Assembly (NCBI GenBank): GCA_037969525.1
Contig: JBBKXO010000152.1
Coordinates: 1-41,731, forward strand
Direction of reading: 5' to 3'
Length of the DNA: 41,731 bases
Source: Burkholderiales bacterium
Lineage (GTDB): Bacteria > Pseudomonadota > Gammaproteobacteria > Burkholderiales > SG8-41
This document shows, piece after piece, positions 35,801 to 41,731 of this stretch. Under the pieces are notes generated by a model, which saw nothing but the letters and a program-made list of their open reading frames with translations, was not told where the DNA came from and searched no databases. Position numbers and translations under genes: made by a program. Each line of letters starts with the position of its first letter. The first letter of the stretch is position 1.

Positions 35801-37015
35801 ATGGCCGGCGGACCCCTGGAAGGCATCAAGATCATCGACATGACCTCGGTGGTCGTCGGCCCGCTGGCAACCCAGACTTTTGCCGACCATGGCGCAGACG
35901 TCATCAAGGTCGAAGCGCCGGGCGGCGACATCGTGCGATTTCTCGCCGGCCGTGGCCGCACTGCCGGCATGTCCGGTAAATACCTGCACCTCAACCGCAA
36001 CAAGCGCTCGCTGGTGCTGGACATGAAAAAACCCGGCGCCTACGCCGCGCTGATGAAATTGCTGGAAACTGCCGATGTGCTGATCTGGAACATGCGGCCG
36101 CCGGCAATGAAGCGGCTGAAGCTGTCCTACGAAGACGTGTGCAAGGTCAATCCCAAGATCATTTACTGCGGCATGTTCGGTTTCGGTCAGGAAGGACGTT
36201 ACCGGGATAAACCGGCCTACGATTCGATCATTCAGGGCTCCGCCGGCATTGCCGCGCTGTACCACATGGCCACCGGCGAACCGCGCTACCTGCCGATGGT
36301 GGTGGCTGACCGCACCGTGGGGCTGATCGCCGTACAGATGATCCTGATGGCGCTGCTGCACCGCGAACGCACCGGCGAAGGCCAATCGATAGAACTGCCG
36401 ATGTTCGAAAACATGGTCAAGTCGGTGCTCGAAGAGCACATGTACCTGAAAACCTTTGATCCGCCGCTGGGCCCGGTCGGTGATCCGCGACTGACCGACC
36501 CGCAGGCACGGCCGCTGCCGACCAAGGACGGCTGGGTCTGCGTCTCGGCTAACACTGACGGTCAGGCCTTCGCGGTATTCGATGCCATCGGCAAACCGGA
36601 ATTGAAAACCGATCCGCGCTTCAACACCGTCGCTGCGCGATTCAAGAACACCCCGGAATATTTCAGCATCCGTGCCGAAGGTCTGAAGAAGAAAACCACG
36701 GCAGAATGGATAGAAATCTTCGATCGCACCGATGTGCCGGCGATGCCATTCCAGACACTCGATCAGATCATGGAAGATCCGCATCTCAAGGACATCGGCT
36801 TTTTCGAGAAAATCGAGCACCCGACCGAAGGCAAAATCTGGAACATGAAACTGCCGAACAAGCTGTCGCGTGGCGCACGCAGAGATTTTCGCCATGCCCC
36901 GAAGATTGGCGAACAAAGCCTTGAGGTTTTGCGGGAGGCTGGTCTGTCGGAGGCGGATATCGCCGCGCTGCTGGCCAATGGCGCAACGCTGGATGGACGC
37001 CCGGAAAAAAAATGA
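35801..37015 (+). CDS. Family III (CaiB/BaiF) acyl-CoA transferase, second copy
   Basis: 404 aa with MAGGPLEGIKIIDMTSVVVGP and family III core motifs. Paralogous to 31438..32685. Confidence 0.85.
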   Translation: MAGGPLEGIKIIDMTSVVVGPLATQTFADHGADVIKVEAPGGDIVRFLAGRGRTAGMSGKYLHLNRNKRSLVLDMKKPGAYAALMKLLETADVLIWNMRPPAMKRLKLSYEDVCKVNPKIIYCGMFGFGQEGRYRDKPAYDSIIQGSAGIAALYHMATGEPRYLPMVVADRTVGLIAVQMILMALLHRERTGEGQSIELPMFENMVKSVLEEHMYLKTFDPPLGPVGDPRLTDPQARPLPTKDGWVCVSANTDGQAFAVFDAIGKPELKTDPRFNTVAARFKNTPEYFSIRAEGLKKKTTAEWIEIFDRTDVPAMPFQTLDQIMEDPHLKDIGFFEKIEHPTEGKIWNMKLPNKLSRGARRDFRHAPKIGEQSLEVLREAGLSEADIAALLANGATLDGRPEKK

Positions 37016-37068
37016 ACTGTGCCCGGGTTCGGGCATAATCTTTCGCCCGCACATTCTTGGAGATCCCC

Positions 37069-37896
37069 ATGTTCTCGAGTTTCCGTCACAGCCTTTTGAC
37101 AACCCTGCTGGTTACCGCTGCGCTAGCCGGATTGAATCCTGCGCAGGCGCAAACGGCGAATACCGAGTACACCCCGCAGGTGGGACAGTCCGGCAAGGAC
37201 GTGATCTGGGTGCCGACACCGAAAAGCCTGGTTGAGAAAATGCTGAAAATGGCGGACGTCAAGCCCACCGATTACGTCATTGATCTCGGTGCCGGCGATG
37301 GCGTCACGGTGATTACCGCGGCCAAGCAGTTCGGCGTCCGTGCGTTGGGCATTGAATACAATCCGGAAATGGTCGAGTTGGCCAAACGCAATGCGCAAAA
37401 TGAGGGCGTTGCCGCCCGCGCCGAATTCGTGCGCGGCGATATTTTCACCACGGATTTCAGCCAGGCCACCGTGCTGACGATGTACCTGCTGCCCTACCTG
37501 AACATGAAACTGCGGCCGACCATACTCAACATGAAACCCGGCACGCGCATCGTTTCGCACGCCTTTACGATGGAAGACTGGATGCCGGATCAAACCGACT
37601 CCACCGAGGGCCGCACGGCTTATTTGTGGATCGTTCCGGCCAAGGTCGAGGGCCGCTGGAAAATCGGTCAGAGTGAAATCGAGTTGAAACAGAAATTCCA
37701 GGCCTTCGAGGGTACGTACCGCACCAATGACACCACCTGGCGTCTGACCCATGTCAACCTGCGCGGCGACCAGATCAGTTTCACCGCCGGCACCGCGACC
37801 TACACCGGGCGCGTCACCGGCTCGATCATGCAGGGCACGATGCGTCCCCGCCCCGACGCCCAGGCTGTCGCCTGGAGCGGCGCCCTGATCAAGTAG
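37069..37896 (+). CDS. Class I SAM-dependent methyltransferase with an N-terminal Sec-type signal peptide and a beta-rich C-terminal domain
   Basis: ORF-track TTG 37057 trimmed to the ATG at 37069, with GGAG 5 nt upstream. Signal-like MFSSFRHSLLTTLLVTAALAGLNPAQA-Q. SAM motif I VIDLGAGDGVTVI. Confidence 0.75.
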   Translation: MFSSFRHSLLTTLLVTAALAGLNPAQAQTANTEYTPQVGQSGKDVIWVPTPKSLVEKMLKMADVKPTDYVIDLGAGDGVTVITAAKQFGVRALGIEYNPEMVELAKRNAQNEGVAARAEFVRGDIFTTDFSQATVLTMYLLPYLNMKLRPTILNMKPGTRIVSHAFTMEDWMPDQTDSTEGRTAYLWIVPAKVEGRWKIGQSEIELKQKFQAFEGTYRTNDTTWRLTHVNLRGDQISFTAGTATYTGRVTGSIMQGTMRPRPDAQAVAWSGALIK

Positions 37897-37908
37897 ACCG
37901 CTGCGCCG

Positions 37909-39579
37909 TCACTGCGTGACCGCGCGCGTATCCAGATCCACGGGCCGCAACACCCGGTACACAGGAACTTCGCTGCTCGCCGCCGCAGTCGGCGGCGAGC
38001 CCTTTTTGTCCACCGGGATCATGCCGAAAGACACAAAGCTGCTCGGCGACTCCGGTTCGAGGGCAACGGCAATTACATTGGCATTCGGCTGCGCCATCGG
38101 AAATACATAACTGCCTGCAGGAAAGCGGATTTTTTTCGCCACTACCTCGGTACTCACCCGGCTGGTAATGCGACCTTCGATATAGGTGCTGCTCGCCCGG
38201 CGGTCGGTCACCTGATAGCTCTCGACATCCAGTTCCACCGGCGCATTCAGCCGTCGCACTTCGATGCCCGAGCGCATCAGTCGCCCGGCCACGTCGTGAA
38301 ACACCGGGGGCAGCACATAGGCATAAGGCCGCGCCCGGGCAATCTCGGCGGCGGCATGCAGTGAATCCGACCAGTCAACCTCAACCTCCTTCAACGCGCC
38401 ACTCTGCGGATCCAGCATCATCAGTTTCTGCTTGATCACCGGATTTTTCAGCGTGACGGCCAGCAGATCCTGGTCCTGTGGATCGCGGCCGCGACGGGTG
38501 ATATCCGCCCGCGCCGCGTCCACGGTATCGATCAATTGCCGGGCATTGGCCGCTGCGGTGTTGAGCAGACTGGAAATGGCGACCACGTGCGTACGCACGC
38601 GCCGGGCAAAGCCCTCGCGGCCTATGCCCACACCGCGGCTTTCAACGAGAAATGACACTGCATTCTGCAGTCCGGCGAAGTTGCGGCCGATATCCGGCGT
38701 AGTACCGCCCATGGACACCAGCAGGTTCTTCGGGTTGTAGCTGGTTGTGTAATACCAGAAGTGCGTATAGCCGACGCGCTCCACGTCGCTGCGCAGTGCC
38801 CCCAGAAATTTCTGGTCGGCCAGCGCTGTCAGCGTGGGATGCACGTTGGGATTGGTCGCATATTGCACCATCAGGTCATAGGACTGCAGGGTGCCGAACT
38901 TCTCGATCCAGCGGTTGGCGACACTGAATTCATGCGCATCAATGAACATGTGCGGGCCGTACTCCTCTACCACACGATGCAGCGCACGAGTTTCCGGCAG
39001 ATCTACCTTGACGTGATCGCGGTTGATGTCGATGGTGCTGTACGGTGAGCGACGGAAATAATAGGCGCCGTCCGGATTGGCATGCGGCACGATGACGACC
39101 GTCAACTGGTCCAGCAAAGGCCGCAGGCTCCCGGTCGCCAGTTCGCGGGCCAGCACCAGCATGGCTTCTCCACCCGCCGGCTCGTTGCCGTGCTGCAAGC
39201 CGGCCATCACCACGACGGGGCGGCCGAGCTGACGCAATTCCGCCGGGGTCCTGGCGTCGGCACCAGTCAGCACCAGCGCAGGTATGGCGCGACCCTCCTG
39301 CGATTTGCCGATCATCCTCACCTGCACCACGCCGGCATGACGTCGCAACTCCTCGACAAACGCCAGCATTTCCTCGTGTGATGTGAAGTCCTGTCGCCCC
39401 GGCGTAAACCCCGGCGTGGCGTAGGCCACATGCGGGTCGGGGTAACGCTGGCGCACTTCCGCGCTTTGCTTATATGCACGCCCGGGGTCAAACTGGGCCT
39501 GCAGCGGCTGCGACTGAAATGCCGCAACCGCCAGCAGCGCCATCAGGGTGACCGTATATCGATGAATTCGCATCAGCAT
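37909..39579 (-). CDS. Secreted M14-family zinc carboxypeptidase
   Basis: 556 aa with a signal peptide (...LLAVAAFQSQPLQA-Q) and Zn-binding HGNEPAG (HxxE) plus a later His. Confidence 0.8.
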   Translation of the reverse strand: MLMRIHRYTVTLMALLAVAAFQSQPLQAQFDPGRAYKQSAEVRQRYPDPHVAYATPGFTPGRQDFTSHEEMLAFVEELRRHAGVVQVRMIGKSQEGRAIPALVLTGADARTPAELRQLGRPVVVMAGLQHGNEPAGGEAMLVLARELATGSLRPLLDQLTVVIVPHANPDGAYYFRRSPYSTIDINRDHVKVDLPETRALHRVVEEYGPHMFIDAHEFSVANRWIEKFGTLQSYDLMVQYATNPNVHPTLTALADQKFLGALRSDVERVGYTHFWYYTTSYNPKNLLVSMGGTTPDIGRNFAGLQNAVSFLVESRGVGIGREGFARRVRTHVVAISSLLNTAAANARQLIDTVDAARADITRRGRDPQDQDLLAVTLKNPVIKQKLMMLDPQSGALKEVEVDWSDSLHAAAEIARARPYAYVLPPVFHDVAGRLMRSGIEVRRLNAPVELDVESYQVTDRRASSTYIEGRITSRVSTEVVAKKIRFPAGSYVFPMAQPNANVIAVALEPESPSSFVSFGMIPVDKKGSPPTAAASSEVPVYRVLRPVDLDTRAVTQ

Positions 39580-39713
39580 GTCTGCTCCGTCTTTCTACAC
39601 AGCACGACCGCATTAAAGCATTCCCGCCGGCCGCCTGCATCCAGTGCCTGGGCAGCGGGCGATATAATCGCCGAACAGCCACGCACTTATTAAAAATCAT
39701 TCAAGGAAATAAT

Positions 39714-40643
39714 ATGCCCATTACAGCCCGACATGCGGTAGTTATCGGCGGCGGCATCATGGGTGGCGACATAGCCACCGTCTTCGCAGCCCATGGCTGG
39801 ACCGTGCACGTCATGAGCCCGTCCGTCAAAACGCGTGAGGCACTGCCCGGGCGCATCACCGCCGGACTTGCCAAGCTCGGTGCGCCGGCCGGCAACGCCG
39901 CCGCAGTAAAGTGCTATGCGGAGCTCAAAGCCATTCCGTGGGCCGGTGTCGGCATCGTCGTTGAAGCTGCGACCGAAGACCTGTCGCTGAAGCAGAAACT
40001 GTTCGCGGAAGTGGAGGCCCTGGCCAGCCCGCAGATTCCCCTGGTCAGCAACACTTCGAATTTTCCGATTGGCGACATCGCCAAAGGCCTCAAACATCCT
40101 GCGCGCGTCGCCGGACTGCATTTTTTCATGCCGGCACATCTGGTGCCGCTGGTGGAGGTGGTCAGCTCTCTGCTGACCGATCCCAAGATCGCCGAGGGCC
40201 TGGTACAGCTGCTGAAAGATCTCGACAAAGCGCCGATCTGGGTCAAAAAAGACGTGCCTGGCTTTGTTGGAAACCGCCTGCAGCACGCGATGATGCGTGA
40301 AGCTTTGTATCTGATTGCTGACGGTGTTACGGATGCCGAAGGCATCGATACTGCAGTCCGTTACGGCTTCGGCTTCCGCTTCATCGCCTGCGGACCGATG
40401 CTGCAGAAAGAGATGTCCGGCTGGGATACCCATGACCTGGTCGCGAGTGCGCTGTATCCGCACCTGCATGCGGAAAAAAATCCGCCGCAGTGGCTCAAAG
40501 ACCTGGTGGCCAAGGGCCGCACCGGCATGAAAGTCAAAGCCGGCCTGTGGGACTGGGACGACGAAAAAATCAAGAAGGAAAAAGCGCGCATCGAGCGCGC
40601 GCTGCAGGCCGGTTTCGACATACTACGTGCCGACAATCAATAG
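39714..40643 (+). CDS. 3-Hydroxyacyl-CoA dehydrogenase family protein
   Basis: 309 aa with a Rossmann VVIGGGIMGGDIA, a catalytic region SNTSNF...HFFMPAHLVPLVEV and a C-terminal HCDH domain. AAGGA RBS. Confidence 0.85.
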   Translation: MPITARHAVVIGGGIMGGDIATVFAAHGWTVHVMSPSVKTREALPGRITAGLAKLGAPAGNAAAVKCYAELKAIPWAGVGIVVEAATEDLSLKQKLFAEVEALASPQIPLVSNTSNFPIGDIAKGLKHPARVAGLHFFMPAHLVPLVEVVSSLLTDPKIAEGLVQLLKDLDKAPIWVKKDVPGFVGNRLQHAMMREALYLIADGVTDAEGIDTAVRYGFGFRFIACGPMLQKEMSGWDTHDLVASALYPHLHAEKNPPQWLKDLVAKGRTGMKVKAGLWDWDDEKIKKEKARIERALQAGFDILRADNQ

Positions 40644-40654
40644 GCGACCTCAAT

Positions 40655-41731
40655 TTGAATCATGCCCCGTCAAAACCCAATCTCCTGCGCAAGATAAGTG
40701 CTTCCAGGCCGTTAGTCACCGGCCTCGTCACGTTACTGATATTGCTGGTCCTCTACGCCGCCGCTGGATTTCTGCTTGCCCCCTGGTTGCTGCAAAAGTA
40801 TTTTCCGGAACTGGTGGACAGGCATCTGGGCGCCAGCGGCTCGGTATCCACGGTGCACATCAACCCATTCCGGCTGACCCTCGAGGCCACCGACCTGGTC
40901 ATTGCTGAGAAAAATGATGCTCCCGCATTACAGGTCGCTCGTGTGTACGTCGACTTCGAAGCTGCCGGCCTGCTAAGCAGGACATGGACGTTTCGCGAAA
41001 TCCGCATCGACAAGCCGATCATCAGCGCCAATCTGGACGCGAAATCTAGCCTGAACCTGTCGCGCCTGTTTGCTCCCAAACCAGCCAAAGCTGCGGTTGC
41101 CAAAACCAGCGGGGCAGCGGAACCGCTGCCCCAGCTATTGCTACAGCATCTGCTGGTGACGGGCGGTGACTTCAGTTTCAAAGACCATACCGTTGAACCG
41201 GTAGCCCGTGCCCAGTTCAACCCGGTCAACATCGAAATGCACGATGTCTCAACATTGTCCGAGCATCGCGGCGAGCACGTCCTTACTGCACGGCTGCCCG
41301 GTGGCGGCAGCCTGCAATGGCAGGGCAGATTCACGATGGCACCGATCGACTCCAGCGGATCAATCACGCTCAAGGACGCAAAGCTGACAACGTTGTGGAA
41401 GTTTGTGCAGGACCATCTGGCCATTGCCGAGCCAGCCGGGTCATACGACCTCGCATTGCGCTACCGCGTACGCAATAGCAAAGGCGGATATGACCTGCAG
41501 GCTGACGATCTGTCGTTGCGAATGAAAGATGTTGGATTTGCGCAAAAACGAGGCGGCCCGCCCCTGGGGAAACTCGCTACCATTGTTTTCGCAGGTGGCA
41601 GCGCAGATCTGCGCAAGCGCACGCTGGCGTTCCAGAACGTGACCCTGGGCGAGGGCACGATCAATATTGCAATCGACGAAAATGGCACGCCCGACTGGGC
41701 AATCCTGATAATCGACACGCCCGCCCGGACC
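40655..41731 (+). CDS. DUF748 / AsmA-like envelope protein, N-terminal 359 codons; 3' end beyond window edge
   Basis: Absent from ORF track (no stop in window). The frame is open from before 40655 to 41731. My translation has a TM segment (LVTGLVTLLILLVLYAAAGFLLAPWLL), then ...HINPFRLTLEATDLVIAEK..., which is typical of DUF748. The start is uncertain: TTG 40655 has no clear RBS, and the only nearby ATG (40662) is out of frame. Confidence 0.55.
   Translation, partial: MNHAPSKPNLLRKISASRPLVTGLVTLLILLVLYAAAGFLLAPWLLQKYFPELVDRHLGASGSVSTVHINPFRLTLEATDLVIAEKNDAPALQVARVYVDFEAAGLLSRTWTFREIRIDKPIISANLDAKSSLNLSRLFAPKPAKAAVAKTSGAAEPLPQLLLQHLLVTGGDFSFKDHTVEPVARAQFNPVNIEMHDVSTLSEHRGEHVLTARLPGGGSLQWQGRFTMAPIDSSGSITLKDAKLTTLWKFVQDHLAIAEPAGSYDLALRYRVRNSKGGYDLQADDLSLRMKDVGFAQKRGGPPLGKLATIVFAGGSADLRKRTLAFQNVTLGEGTINIAIDENGTPDWAILIIDTPART

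Noticed and set aside
35636-37102. 488-aa ORF on the minus strand
   Set aside because: It is entirely antisense to the well-supported family III CoA-transferase (35801-37015). Its composition is low-complexity and Arg/Gly/His-rich, typical of shadow ORFs in GC-rich DNA, and it carries no recognisable motifs.
40753-41424. 223-aa minus-strand ORF
   Set aside because: Antisense to the uninterrupted DUF748-like frame, which runs to the window edge and has a TM segment and family-typical N-terminal motifs.
1-41731. Search for CRISPR arrays, IS elements/transposases, integrases, prophage or defence genes, tRNA/rRNA genes
   Set aside because: I saw no regularly spaced direct repeats, no transposase/integrase-like ORFs and no tRNA-like cloverleaf candidates in any intergenic gap. 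All sizeable ORFs have housekeeping or metabolic assignments. The only mobile-element-like object is the gene-less inverted-repeat element at 35502-35799.

Overview
GC-rich, densely packed proteobacterial chromosomal segment (the gene order looks beta/gamma-proteobacterial) with about 40 genes. I could run no searches, so all calls rest on motifs I read in the translations and on synteny.

Housekeeping blocks:
- prmA-accC-accB-aroQ (minus strand).
- An envelope thiol-redox set: cutA-dsbD-tlpA-like.
- An SDR and a ferredoxin-flavin reductase.
- hemC-hemD-hemX-hemY next to an AlgZ/AlgR-like LytS/LytTR two-component pair and argH. This matches the Pseudomonas argH/algZR/hemCDXY order, except that a CPYC thioredoxin-fold gene is inserted.
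- hemA-prfA-prmC-ykgJ-like-grxD.

Two metabolic islands look accessory:
1. A LacI-regulated xsc (sulfoacetaldehyde acetyltransferase family) gene. It is divergent from a 982-aa FAD/Fe-S dehydrogenase and a TauE/SafE exporter.
2. An IclR-centred locus. On one side are prpB-like lyase, 2-hydroxyacid dehydrogenase and an untracked 56-aa rubredoxin. On the other are CoA-transferase, CitE-like lyase, intradiol dioxygenase, Meh/Ich-like hydratase and a second CoA-transferase.

Downstream lie a signal-peptide-bearing SAM methyltransferase, an M14 carboxypeptidase, a 3-hydroxyacyl-CoA dehydrogenase and a truncated DUF748/AsmA-like gene.

I found no transposase, integrase, CRISPR array, tRNA/rRNA or recognisable defence gene. 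I therefore do not see a clear-cut mobile or defence-type novel system.

The most unusual object is a 298-bp, three-helix nested inverted-repeat element. It exactly fills the gap between the hydratase stop codon and the second CoA-transferase start codon (35502-35799). Next in interest are the non-canonical composition of the two metabolic islands and a LacI-type operator plus a C8 tract inside the predicted xsc promoter.

Three real genes are missing from the supplied ORF track: the two edge-truncated genes and the rubredoxin.
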